From Rhynchobatus australiae (Eukaryota), in NCBI GenBank assembly GCA_034780895.1, contig JAUZTB010000027.1, forward strand, positions 37,163,681-37,227,680: 64,000 nucleotides of DNA, read 5' to 3'. A program made the position numbers and the translations under genes. This document shows positions 13,256 to 26,284 of this stretch, piece after piece (the first letter of the stretch is position 1; every line of letters begins with the position of its first letter). The notes under the pieces are model-generated. The model did not search any database. It was not told the DNA's origin and was given only the letters and a program-made list of their open reading frames with translations.

Positions 13256-13914
13256 GAGGCGCAGTTAAGTTCCTTGTAAAACAGATTTGGTGCTGGATTT
13301 ACACTGTTTGGCCTAGCACAAACAATAGACAACCACCTCTTCCACAGTATGGTAATCCATCTAATCCTGTCAAATGGATTTTCTCTTATCACAAACTGAT
13401 TTTCACCTACACACATCTCCCCATTGGTAAGGAAATCCTGCACTGACTGTGAAGTGGAAATCACTTTGTATGCATACCAAACCTACAGTTTCCCACTAAC
13501 AGCACAAGAAATAAATCAAACTGCAGCAAATACATTGATGAGAACCAAAAGCAAGAGTATTTAGCTTGCCTTTTNNNNNNNNNNNATCAGAGTGTTTAGA
13601 AATCTTTTTAAATGAAGCTTTACGTTCAACTTTATCTTCATAGTAATCCACTCATGATTCTTTCTGCTTATTCCTAAGATTCTGCTAAACACAGTTTCCA
13701 GTATTGAGTTTGAAGATAGTTCTAAATTGAATCATAGCATTGATAGATACTCAGAGTATGATTTGTATGATGAATCTCTACGTTGAATTATCTGAATGTG
13801 GAAAATGAAATCCCTTCTTGCTAATTCAAATATAGACCATTTCCAACCTATTAAATACTTTCTTTTTCTCTGAAGCATAAAACTGATAACTTCACAAAGG
13901 TGATGGATTCTTAC

Positions 13915-14102
13915 CATTGTAAGAAAGATGCCAAACTCTGGGTTCATTTCTAATGTGTCATTGTCTGTGAATACAAAACTTTTTCTGCGTTCCTTCTTGC
14001 AAGTCAGGACAATGGCGATTTGCTGAGCAGCCACTGAAAGCACAGGCAAGTCTATGCGATTAAACTCATCAAAGCATCCCCAAGAACCTGATAGGGACAG
14101 TC
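13915..14102 (-). CDS. DNAH5: DNAH5-like exon (~ex37), 188 bp, AAA1 Walker [20 protein letters not shown]...IFLTM
   Basis: ORF 13732-14109; preceded by an 88-bp intron. Confidence 0.96.
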
Positions 14103-14182
14103 CTAACACAAGTAAAAATAGTTTTGATTAGCGCAGTCTCATTGTGCAACTGTTAACTGCACAAATCGGACATCTCCTTCTA

Positions 14183-14314
<132 letters not shown>

Positions 14315-15054
14315 NNNNNNNNNNNNNNNNNNNNNNNNNNNNNNNNNNNNNNNNNNNNNNNNNNNNNNNNNNNNNNNNNNNNNNNNNNNNNNNNNNNNNN
14401 NNNNNNNNNNNNNNNNNNNNNNNNNNNNNNNNNNNNNNNNNNNNNNNNNNNNNNNNNNNNNNNNNNNNNNNNNNNNNNNNNNNNNNNNNNNNNNNNNNNN
14501 NNNNNNNNNNNNNNNNNNNNNNNNNNNNNNNNNNNNNNNNNNNNNNNNNNNNNNNNNNNNNNNNNNNNNNNNNNNNNNNNNNNNNNNNNNNNNNNNNNNN
14601 NNNNNNNNNNNNNNNNNNNNNNNNNNNNNNNNNNNNNNNNNNNNNNNNNNNNNNNNNNNNNNNNNNNNNNNNNNNNNNNNNNNNNNNNNNNNNNNNNNNN
14701 NNNNNNNNNNNNNNNNNNNNNNNNNNNNNNNNNNNNNNNNNNNNNNNNNNNNNNNNNNNNNNNNNNNNNNNNNNNNNNNNNNNNNNNNNNNNNNNNNNNN
14801 NNNNNNNNNNNNNNNNNNNNNNNNNNNNNNNNNNNNNNNNNNNNNNNNNNNNNNNNNNNNNNNNNNNNNNNNNNNNNNNNNNNNNNNNNNNNNNNNNNNN
14901 NNNNNNNNNNNNNNNNNNNNNNNNNNNNNNNNNNNNNNNNNNNNNNNNNNNNNNNNNNNNNNNNNNNNNNNNNNNNNNNCTGGTGTTCAGTTCATTCAAG
15001 AATGAGATTGATAGACTTTTGGGCACCAAGGGAAACAGAGGATATGAAAAAAAC

Positions 15055-15335
15055 TAAAAGACTGCAAACTGGAGATGCAAGAGATGCAAGATTTTGTAAT
15101 CTGGAGGGAAAAAAATCATTAACTGCTGGAAGAACTCAGCGGGTCAAGCAGCATCAGTGGAGGCAAAGGGATGGTCAATGCTTCCAGTCAAGACCCTGCA
15201 TCAGGACTGCTGACACACACCTATAGATGCTGGAAATCTGAAATAAAAAGGAAAATGCTGGAGAGAGTCAGACAGCATCCACAGAGAGAGAAACACTTTG
15301 CACATATTGCCTGATCTGCTGAGTATCACCAACAT
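15055..15335. repeat. Penelope-derived short repeat cluster (gatgctggaaatctg...ctcagc.ggtca.gcagcatc family)
   Basis: Same motif recurs at 23.3, 25.7, 37.6, 53.7 and 58.15 kb. Confidence 0.55.
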
Positions 15336-15793
15336 TTTTTATTTTTATTTAAGAGGATATGAAAATCAAGTGATAAAAGGCTGAGGCACAAAATCACTGT
15401 GATCTCACTGAATGGGGAGCCAGAAAGCCTACTCCTGCTGCTAATTTGTTTTGTTTTTAATGGATTGAATGTTGCTTCCTTCAATATTTTAGATTCTATG
15501 GTTCCACTGATTGCAAATTTAACTTGTTTACTTTGGCTGATTCGTAATTTATCAGAGAACTTATTTATTTCTGGAAGACCGTGAATTTCTCCTTGCCACA
15601 TTTGAAAAGGTGGCATTTCTAAACCATTGCTCCTTAACAATCTATAGAAACATCATGGCACTGGACAATTCTGGGTGCTCTGAAACTCACACTGCCCAAA
15701 TGTTAAAATAAATTAACTTAGACTTTTTTTTTGGGAGGTGGGGTACGTTTGTTTATCTAATGGGCATTGAGCTTATTACAGCTGTGTAACCAT

Positions 15794-16657
15794 CCTGACT
15801 TCAGTTTATTTTTGCACAAGCCAATTGTCCCCATAGATGAAATATTAGGCCTTCCTGGTGGAGAAGAGCATATGGACATTAAAATGTAACCATCACTTCT
15901 GTGATGTGATGAGGTTATTTACATTACAATGTGCATATTGATGTGTGAATTAACATCACAAAAGATTTTAGGTCATTAAATAGATTATGCCTTCCTCGAT
16001 TTAAATCTAAACAATTTTGTCAGTTTATTGATCACAGGTGAGATGCAATTCTCTGACTGCATAAAGATGAGCCAAAATAATTGTTAGCTCCTCAGATTTT
16101 GATTGTCCTCGCCTAAATTATGTTTTGGACAATGCCTTTGAAAGAGGTAATACCGTTAATTAAATAAATCGTCTACAATTAAATTGACATTAGATATTTT
16201 CAGTTAGAGTAAAATGTATTAGTGTAATTTTGATCTGTGGATAGATCATTTCAAATTTTATTAAGCTCAATGTTTGGGTGAATGCTGATTTCAGTATTTT
16301 GCTTTTGTCAGCTTATTTGACTCTGAACACTCTGTTCATTCAGTCAGAGAGGATGCAATTTCTTTTCCGAGCATCATGAGCTTTTTGAACAGGCAATGGA
16401 AGCAGAGTCTTTGAGCCTTTAAGTGGAGGTAGATAAAGAAAAGAGTGGAAGGTTACCACAGGTATGCAGGAGTGCAGAGTTGTGATAACAATCAAATCAA
16501 CCATGATATTATTAAATGGCAAAGCAGGCTCAAAGAATGAATAGCCTAAACCTGCTCCTAATTTTAATGTCCATATGCTGTTCTCCACTNNNNNNGCCTA
16601 ATATTTCATCTATGTCTGGGGACAATTAGCTTGTGCAAAAAAAAAACTGAAGTCAGG
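15794..16657. repeat. Long inverted repeat pair (15794-15885 / 16561-16657), foldback or MITE-like
   Basis: Arms align by eye as reverse complements with only a few mismatches and indels. Confidence 0.8.
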
Positions 16658-18015
16658 GCAGTCCTTCAGCAACTGTTAGGACATTTCATGCAGACTTTAG
16701 AAATTTTAAAAATTAGAAATAACTACAAATCACTGGTAGAACTTTACAAGGTTTAACAGGCCTTGATGTGGCCCAGCTGTTTTAGTTATGGTTATCTTGC
16801 TTGCTCTTGATCATAGTGAATCACACCTCCCAGTGGTCCTGCAGGGCAATAGCACCAACTTAAGGGACCAGTGAAGTTAACAGGCCAAGAACCATCTTGT
16901 GACCTCTGAACTCACCCACAGCAAGGGTATTGCAAGAAAAGAATGTTGATTTCAGTTGTGTCAAAGGGATGCTTTGTGGACCAGGACCTATGCAGTGCCG
17001 TTCTCCTGCTTGGCTGCTCTGGATCCCTCCACCAATTAGGACGTCTTGTCCAAATGACCTTGGGCAGACATGTGACTGAGGTCAGAATAGAATATCCTCC
17101 ACAAAGCCTGACCTCAGGATTCCTTGTGGAGTATTGTCAGTTAATGCTGATTGACACAGAAGTTTTCAATGGACTTATGTTCTTAAGCTAATGCCAATGA
17201 AGTGTTTGCAATTGATGACACCACTGTAGCCTGTGTGCTTACCTGGCAGCCTTGCACATTGGAGCACAAAAATGGTTTGCAGTAATCGCAGATAAAGTTG
17301 TACTTCTCTATTATGTGTGTTGGTAAGTTGGCATTAAATGGCGTAATTACCAGTACTACAACCTCCTGCACAGTTACCTCAGTGTTCTGCCCCAGAGACA
17401 GTTATAATGCCATGTTGGAGCTATTAGAAGAAACCAACCATCCAACAACAGATGTCCTTCTCACCTCAGGCAGACTTGCTCAGCCCAACAGTCTCTAGCC
17501 CTTAATAGTATGTCTGCTCCGAACCTGCAGCCCATCAAACTTGTTGCTTAGTTGCTGGATAGTTGACTTGGCAGACATGCTGCATAAATCCATGGAGTTG
17601 GCACTCACTTTATGGGTNNNNNNNNNNCCACTGTATATCCGGATGGTATGAGTGGAGAATCCTTCCATTTGCTGAGTGCATGTTCAAGTGTGGGTGTTTA
17701 AGCAAGAGCATTAGGCCCCAAAGTGACATCACAATCTGCCTACTCTGTATACACCCCACCAACGTTACCTGCTCATGACCCATCGATCACCGTGACAGGG
17801 CAACCAGCATTACTCTTGCACACTGGACCCAATATCAGAACCAAATCTGCTCTCATTTTACCAAAAAAGCTATTAATGCATTTTGAAATGGTCTAGGTGA
17901 CATTAATGCTAAAAAGATTCATTTAAGTATTTAATGAATTCACAGAGGTTATTAATTTTAATGGGATCGTGTTATTATACTTAATCACCGTTTCAGTAAC
18001 AGGAAAGATCTGAGG

Positions 18016-18099
18016 GGTGCAAAAAAACTCAGGAAATTGCAGTACGTCTTGTGTTATGACTTAAGTCACACATTCTGTAATTCCCTGGAGTTTTGCACC
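18016..18099. repeat. Imperfect palindrome/hairpin of about 84 bp
   Basis: ggtgcaaaaaaactcaggaaattgcag pairs with ctgtaattccctggagttttgcacc; central tgacttaagtca. Confidence 0.7.
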
Positions 18100-19193
18100 A
18101 TAACTAGAATGTAGTTGAACCATTAAGAAATTCTGAGACAGAGTGCTAAATTTATACATCTCAGATTTTGATATTACACCTGGTACTTCAAAGTTTTTGA
18201 AAAAGCTTTTGAAGCATAAATAATGTAATGAACAAATTGATTCAGTCAGTGGTCCTCCTGAGCCAACTGAGATTAAATGTAATTTCCACCTCAGTGGTCC
18301 TTATAATTGCTGCTTTACACATTATATGCCATGTGCTAAAAATAGCTGCATGGATAGAAACTTCATGTTGCAACCTGAAGCAGAATAGTAAGTAGCAAAG
18401 ACACCTTCATAATCTGGAACTGTATCATTCGTCCCTCATTGTCCATGGATTTAAATCCTAGAATTTGCCACAGTCACCACCAGCAGAATACAGTGGTTTG
18501 AAAAGGCAACTCACCACCTCACCTTCTCATGGGAAATTATGAATTTGCAATAAATACTTCTTTGATAAGGACACGTACACTTTTTAAAAATAAATAAAAT
18601 TATAATAAAAAGTTCTTACATTCTAATTAATTATTTGGGTATCCAAATTACAATGCAATTACTCAAAAATCAATGCTACAGTCAACTAACACATAAATCT
18701 TTCATCTTCAAACCTGAATTCAAAGTGTTGCAAGATCTTTAGAATCCTACTGCGTGCATACTGCAGAAATCCTACAGGACAAGTGGTTGATTTTACCCAA
18801 GTCAAAAGGGCTGAACAGCTGTTCGGTCACTTTACAGTAACAGCTAGCTTGTGTGCACAATCCNNNNNNNNNNNNNNNNNNNNNNNNNNNNNNNNNNNNN
18901 NNNNNNNNNNNNNNNNNNNNNNNNNNNNNNNNNNNNNNNNNNNNNNNNNNNNNNNNNNNNNNNTCCAGAATTTGACCAAAAACTTCTCTTCACATCATGC
19001 TCAAGTACCAAGCTTTAGAAGGCCCTGAATGCAGGCTGCCATGCTTGTTGGGAGTAGATTATAGGTTAGGAACGGCCCCATTGGCCCACAAATCATCACA
19101 TGCAGCAACAAAATAGAGGCCACACATTCCACTCATACACTGCTGCCAATCAATCAGACTTCAGGAATTCATGCAGAATTGCAAAATTCATAC

Positions 19194-19366
19194 CTGTCAG
19201 TGAGTGGAGTGATAACTAGTCTCTCAGTGCATCCCAAAAACTCATTTTGGTAAGTAAAATCCACATTGGTAATTGCTATCTGCATTTTATCGGCATCTTC
19301 ACTGAAGTAGAACCTGCATTGTTTCAACCATTCAAAGTCAGTCGGAGATTTTATCTGCAACCGACA
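19194..19366 (-). CDS. DNAH5: DNAH5-like exon (~ex35), 173 bp, ...[12 protein letters not shown]...[20 protein letters not shown]
   Basis: ORF 19169-19405; start of AAA1 ([10 protein letters not shown]). Confidence 0.96.
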
Positions 19367-19830
19367 CTGCAAGAAATTAAAATTAAAAAAGAAATCAGAC
19401 CCCACTTTGCAGTTTTGGTCCCAACAAGAAACATATCTATGTTAATACATAATCATACAGCCGGTTGTAATGTAAGCTTGATTTAATTTTATTAATAATG
19501 TGATTCTTAGCTAAGAAATTCCTCAACCCACTAACTAGAAGCAGACTATGTTTCATCCCTGTAGTGTGCTGTAAAGTTTGGGTCTCTTTCATGAAGATGA
19601 TCAAAATTTACAGAATGATTGTTTCCCACCCGCCCCCCCCCCCAAGTTGATTGATGAACGAAATGTTCTCCCAATCTTTTGCATGGATTTTCTTTCAGCT
19701 TCGAAAAGTCTTTTTGAAATACAAAGATATCCTGTGTTGAAGAAATGACACAAATATGCAATTATTTTAAAGATTAATCGAAGGAAAAATATCACATCCA
19801 CTAATGTCAAAAGACAATAAAAACAATTAC

Positions 19831-20166
19831 CAGCTCATCGAAGATGTCTCTCTGATGGACATGAATGGTGATCAGAGTTTCGTATTTCACACGCTCTTTA
19901 AGATCTAAGTCTTTGGTTGTTGTACCAATCAATGTATTAAGCATTTCCAGAAAGTAGTGGTTTGTTGACTGCATGATTTTANNNNNNNNNNNNNNNNNNN
20001 NNNNNNNNNNNNNNNNNNNNNNNNNNNNNNNNNNNNNNNNNNNNNNNNNNNNNNNNNNNNNNNNNNNNNNNNNNNNNNNNNGCATGATTTTACGGTCAGA
20101 TTTTGCGAGCCTTAAGGCATCTTGTGCATCTCTAGTCCAAATCATCTGAAGGCCAAGTAGGCCAAC
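19831..20166 (-). CDS. DNAH5: DNAH5-like exon (~ex34), [13 protein letters not shown]...[17 protein letters not shown]; 225 bp after collapsing the false gap
   Basis: [10 protein letters not shown] motif; 11-bp overlap across 100 N. Confidence 0.93.
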
Positions 20167-20296
20167 CTGTGATAAATATCATCTTCATTATTGATCACGT
20201 TATAACTCTTGACCTCTCTCATTGCTACATGGAGATTGGTTAAAACAATCTTGACTCCAAACAAGAGTTCCCACAATTAATTGCAAGTCCCATAAT

Positions 20297-20385
20297 ATAG
20301 AAAACCTACAGCACAATACAGGCCCTTTGGCCCACAAAGTTGTGCCAAACATGTCCCCACTTAGAAATTACTAGGTTTACCCATT
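20297..20385 (-). mobile_element. Short CR1 3'-tail fragment
   Basis: atagaaaacctacagcacaatacaggccctttggcccacaaagttgtgcc is a typical elasmobranch CR1 terminus in reverse. Confidence 0.6.
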
Positions 20386-20697
20386 CCAAGTTCCAAGGTT
20401 TCCAAGTTAAACTTGACATTTTTTTCCCAATTAACTAATTTACCAAACCTGTGCTTCGAATATCTGATGGTCAATGGCCTCCTGCATCTGAACTTGACGT
20501 ACAAAGGAAGTTGATATTTAAGTAAAGATCAACTCACTTTAGAATCAGAGAAACATAGACAATTATTCCAGTTGAAAGCACAATCATGAGTTTTCTGTTG
20601 ATTTATAACTGGGGATCATGATCAAATTTCAAAACTCCAATGTTGTACTGAAATTAAGAGCAAAACCACACTTCCATAATCTGATCTTCCAACCTAC

Positions 20698-20910
20698 CTG
20701 AGCACAGAAAGCATTCAGGAAATCAATAAGGTTAAAGTGTTCCTCTTGTATTATATAGGCAGCAGTCCGAATAATGCTGTGCAGAGCACTTTGTGACTCC
20801 ATAAGTAGAGAATTCAGCCAAACTTCAACATTTCCTTCTGCAACAACTGGCTTATCAAATTCAATAGTGTCTCCTTCTCTGGAGATTACAGCCAAAATGC
20901 GATCATAGAT
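20698..20910 (-). CDS. DNAH5: DNAH5-like exon (~ex33), 213 bp, [13 protein letters not shown]...[13 protein letters not shown]...AQ
   Basis: ORF 20629-20895; GNVE.WL motif. Confidence 0.95.
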
Positions 20911-22689
20911 CTATACAGCAAAGATGTAGAGTCATGACCCAGATAATACCTTTGTGAAAAGAGCCATGCATCCAAAACCCAACACATGTTGTGCACGGTA
21001 TAAAATCACCTCATAACAATGAGAATATTATTTCAGTTATTCACTCAATGTACTTGACTGTGTAATAGTTACCAATATATCTATGTGTGATGTTGTGAAC
21101 ACATTGTCAAGATTTCCACTGCTGAGATTTGTTATGAACTCATAGACGCTTCCTAAAAGAATCTATTTACAATCAGAAATACCTAAGGTCTTCACAAACA
21201 CATTTACAATGTCACCAGAAGCCAGAGGAATTCCTGCCCCTGCATTTTGTCAGCCTGGCTCAATTGATGGCAGTCTCACCAATGAGTTAGGTGGTTGTGG
21301 CTTCCTTGTGTGTGTGACCATACAGCCTGGGGTCGAGTAACCAAGAAAACAATCTGTATCTCACTTTTCCATAATATGAAACCCTGTTTCCCATTGAATC
21401 CCATGTTACAAATGGAGTTGTGTTCCTATGGGATAGTTTTCTATCAACAGCAATGAGGAGTATAGCAGCTGCTGGTTCACAGCAGGGGACCATTTGAGAA
21501 ATTGTGCTTGTCAGTTTCCAGAGCAGATCTCTTTAGTGGCCACCACCTGTGTCTGGAGACTCAAGGGACTGCAGATCCTAATCATCTGCCGGCCTTAATT
21601 TTGAATGGCAGCATACACTTTTAAGCACATATGAAATATAGGTAAAATAGTTTAATGATACAACTCACACAAATAATGGTGATGTTTAGGCTTACAATTT
21701 GCACTTAAATTTGCTGGCCCTGTTTCAGACATCTTGAGGGCAAATTATATGGAAAATTCTTGGAAAAAAACTACTAAACAGCAAAATGAAACTACCATGC
21801 TAAAAAAAACACTGCATTATCTGCATATCCGTCAAGAAATACAAGTTGAAAACAATTAAAAAATGGTTGCTTATTTCACATTTTGTGTTTATTTAATATT
21901 CCCCCCACATAAGTTCCAAATTTTATTTGGTATCTTGGATTTGTGGTGATTTGTGAATTCCGTAAGAGTGAAGTTCCATTACCCGAACAGCCGTAACACA
22001 CCGGCCACTTGTATTCACTAAAACTTGATGATCAACTGGCCAATTGTTTGGGAGCCCCGATGGTTCTGATTCCCACACTCCCTTTAACAGACCAAAGCCC
22101 CGGTTGCCGTGCTCCCTTTAATACACTGGGGCCCCCGGTTGTAATATAATTTAATTTCTTCATTGAATGCATAGGGGAAGTTCTACTTGGCAGAAAAAAT
22201 GCAAAACAAAATTAAGAATTGATAAAATAGAGAATTAGCAAGGTAGGCACAGAGGAATATTGGAAGACAGGAACAGGAGTTCACCAATCAAAACCTAATC
22301 CACTATTTAATGAGATACTGATCATGACTGATCTATGATCCCAACATTGTCCAGTATCTCCTTGCATTTTTGTTAATAAAAAGTCAACTTCAGATTTAAA
22401 ATTACAGGATCATAGAATGGCTCCAGCATTCAGGAGGTCATTCTGTTCATTTTCTTTATACTGGCTCTATGGTGATCCATATTCCTGCAATATACAATAT
22501 ACAGATACTTCTCCAGCATCTTTATGAATTACATATTAGTTTAATCTGCCCCAGCAGAGTATTCCTGACCGTAAGCAGTCATTATGTTAAAAAGTTTCTC
22601 CTTGTATCATTATTGGTCCTATCACCTTCATTCTATGCCCCCTCTATCCTATGCCTGAGGCATCTGCCAATAGGAATAGTTTCTTTCTG

Positions 22690-23420
22690 CCAGTGTAGTG
22701 TTCTGCAATCAGTGGTCCACCATCTGTTCTCCTCAACACTGGAGATACTGACTGCAGACTGGGTAACAACCTTACAGAACACTATTCCATCTGCAAGGAT
22801 GACCTTCAGCTTCCAACGTCTGTCATTTTCATTCTCCATCCCACATCCACTCCATCATTAATGTGTCCTATTGCAATAAGGTTTAACATGACCTACCACA
22901 TCATCTCCATCTAAGCACATTACAACCCTCCTGACTCAATGCTAAACTTAACAATTCACGGCCTTTCTAGCTTGTGTCAGAACTGGCTAGCACTGCTGCA
23001 GGTTCCCCAGTCTGTAACATCAACTCAATTTTTCTTTCTCCACTGATGTAATTTGACCTCTTGGGCATCTCCAGCACTCTTACGGCAGATTGCTAGCAAC
23101 TACCATATTCTCCATTTCACATTCCAACACGTGTTTTCTCCCTCCTCAGTGCCTTCTATTTACATCTCATCCAAGTAGTTCAAATGTGAACAACAAACTT
23201 TCACTATCCTGTCTCAGCTGTACAAATATCTTTAGCATCACTTGGTCTCCATGCCATCATTAGCATTCAGTTATTTTCTCCACCCATTCTCCTTCTCTGC
23301 ACCTTAAAATGTTTTGATTTCTAACTTCTCTCAGTTCTGATGATAGATCATTATTCTGTAATATTGACTCTGCTTATTCCTCCACAGATGCTTCATGAAC
23401 TGCTGAGTATTTTTCACTTC
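22690..23420 (+). mobile_element. Penelope-like element relic (GIY-YIG end plus terminal repeats) lying within a minus-strand CR1 (22.4-23.7 kb)
   Basis: Decayed GET.CRLG...EH..S and HF.S.SH motifs and a terminal LQP..LN...NN-like segment; flanked by CR1 reverse-strand sequence. Confidence 0.55.
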
Positions 23421-24264
23421 CACTATTCCAGGAAGAACAATCCCACCTTCACCAATCTAGCCATGTACTAAAGTCTTTCACCCCAGAACCAATCTGGTAA
23501 ATCTCTCCTGCAGTCTCACCAAAGCCTTTACATTTTTTCTAAAGTGGAACCAAGAATTGGACAGAAAACTCATTATGGCTGAACTAGTATTACATGGAGC
23601 TCCATCGTGATTTCTTTGCCTCTATAAAGCCCAAGATCTTATATGCTTTTTAAAATATTTTCTTAATCTGCTCTGCCACTTTGAACAAACCATGCAAATA
23701 TACCCCCAGATTTCTCTGTTCTGTAGCCCTGAGAGGATTGCTTATTGACTTAGAATCAACTGCTAGGAGTTCCAAACTTCTGCCCATCTTTATATGTAAT
23801 ACTATTTCCCAAAATAATTTCTAGAAGGTTTCACTCTGATTTTTAAACTCTGTCCCCTATTCCTGATCTTCACAAGCAACAGGAATAGTTAGTTCTTTTT
23901 ATTCACCCTATTATTTCCCTGTAATATCTTATAAACTTTGATCACATCACCCTTCAACTAATCTAAATTCCATGGAATACAAACTGGAATATGAAATGGT
24001 GAACTGGATTATAAGGATTAAATGTTTTAACTTGCTGCTTAAATTGATGTGCAAGAATTACAGAAATTTCAAAATAGGAAACAACTTGCCCATTGTATCT
24101 GTTCCATTGTTACCACTAAATCATGGCTACTTTAATCTAGTTTCTACACATAATCTCCATTCCTGAAATGGGAAATGTCATAGTTTGACATTAATATACT
24201 GAAAGTTTTCTGAAAGGAATCCACATTATCTGCATATATAAGATAGTGAATAATTCAAACTGAC

Positions 24265-24554
24265 CTTCTCATGAAACAGGACTGATTTAATATTGTCAAA
24301 TACATTAAGCAAATGAGCTTGTATGGTATGAGAATCAGATGCTTGGCCCAGGATCTCGAGCAGAGTGGGATCAGNNNNNNNNNNNNNNNNNNNNNNNNNN
24401 NNNNNNNNNNNNNNNNNNNNNNNNNNNNNNNNNNNNNNNNNNNNNNNNNNNNNNNNNNNNNNNNNNNNNNNNNNCTTGGCCCAGGATCTCGAGCAGAGTG
24501 GGATCCGATACAAAGAAGAATCTTGGAAACATCAGCCTCTTCTTTTCCAGATAA
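24265..24554 (-). CDS. DNAH5: DNAH5-like exon (~ex32), [44 protein letters not shown]...; 157 bp after collapsing the false gap
   Basis: FPRFFFVSD motif; 33-bp duplicated flanks around 100 N. Confidence 0.93.
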
Positions 24555-26120
24555 CTAATGATTATTAGCAACCGGGGGGGGGGGGTGGAGAGAAAGCATA
24601 GCAAAGGTAAATTTATTTCTGTTTCAACAAACAGAGCTTTCGCTACACGTCTGGGAAAAATAGTAAATAATTTGCATTAATAACAATAAAGAACAGAAAT
24701 TCTAATTAGATAGAACTCTACATCCTTATGAAGTTGTGTACATACCCAGATTTAAATTATTGTGACTTTTAACATCTAATATTACTGAATTGATTCTGAT
24801 TTTGTATTTTTACTGCAGAATCTACTCTATTTACACTACTGATTCAGCAATGGGTTACAGTGGCGTAACATTCACACACTATTGAAAATAGTGCAGATAA
24901 ATGCACCCTTGTGCAAAATTGCACACATTACTGAGATGGCGAACCCCGATGTTGGTAATGTGAGAGGCAGGATGGCAGTTCATCCCCATTTATTTAGAAC
25001 AATGTCATGAATACAATTGCACTTGCCATGGTGGAGAAATAGAGGGGAAAAAGGCAGCCTGTCTACCAAGACAATTTGCTTCAATCAGTACCTACACTAC
25101 TTATTATGGAGCGTCTGAAGAGCAGGGACAAAATTACTAATCGCTGATTAAAAACAAATGGATCTGCAGTTAATTATCTCATGTTGAGGTACAATGGAAT
25201 CTGCCTGCAACAAGATAAGAAATGAACCCCCAGGAAGTACTTCAGAACCAATCCAGTATTGATATTCAAACTTTATTTACCCACCGTTGACTTATTATCA
25301 ATAAATGGTGAATTTCACATTGGTACATTATCCTGCAATTGGGTGATTTTATGTTTGGTCCTAAGGCTTTTCAACAGGAATCTATATAATTTGCTATTAT
25401 AAGGTAATTGAACAATGAGGTTGGTGTGTACCACCACACTGCCAGGCAAGAAGCAGTGGTTACTGAACTCATAGGAAATGAGACAATGAGAGATTGAGTC
25501 ATTAGCGACCAAGATCATATTCAGTTCAGATTTCTTTCAATTGTTCTATTCTGCATCTCACAGTACCAGCATGATCATTTATAACTGTCATTTTTTTCTC
25601 TTCTTTCCAAATGCCCTCATTCATCTAGACAGCTCTGAAAGTATTGGGTCACCTGGACAATCTTAATGTCCATCCTTTCATGGACACTCCCCCTTTGTTC
25701 TCTCCACCTTTTCCAGTTCTGATGAAACGCCATTAACTGAACCGTTAACTCTGTTTCTTTCTCTACAGATGCTGTGTGAACTGATGATTATTTTGTGATT
25801 TTATATAGAAACAATATTTGGCAGAGGCCTGGTTTGTATTAACAAAGACCTGGAGTTACAGCATTATTCACTGCAAATGGAGGCCATTGGTTCATTGTCC
25901 ATTCTAAAGCAGTACAGAAAGAAACACTAAAAGGATAGATGATTAAATGATTAACGGTGGAGGACTATGTAAACTCTCACTCTTTTTCACCTGTGAACCA
26001 TAAACCAATACTTAATAGACTCACTNNNNNNNNNNNNNNNNNNNNNNNNNTAACATTTCATCACTGAAATAAATATGTAAACTCAAAATTAACACTGCTT
26101 CACACAGTTCCAACATTTAC

Positions 26121-26284
26121 CCAGTTAATGATTTCTGACAAATTTCAAGTTGTTCCAGAAGATGAGGTAGCAGCCGAACCATAGCTTCGTCTCCCATGCA
26201 ACACTGAACCACATTAGGAATTTCATGGGCACGGCTCATTATCTTCATCCACGACTTGTCAATATTGGAAAATCTCTTTGCTTC
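26121..26284 (-). CDS. DNAH5: DNAH5-like exon (~ex31), 164 bp, [16 protein letters not shown]...[10 protein letters not shown]
   Basis: Manual translation; canonical splice sites. Confidence 0.96.

Noticed and set aside
24342-24507. Apparent tandem exon duplication
   Set aside because: The overlap flanks a 100-N placeholder, and collapsing it gives an in-frame 157-bp exon.
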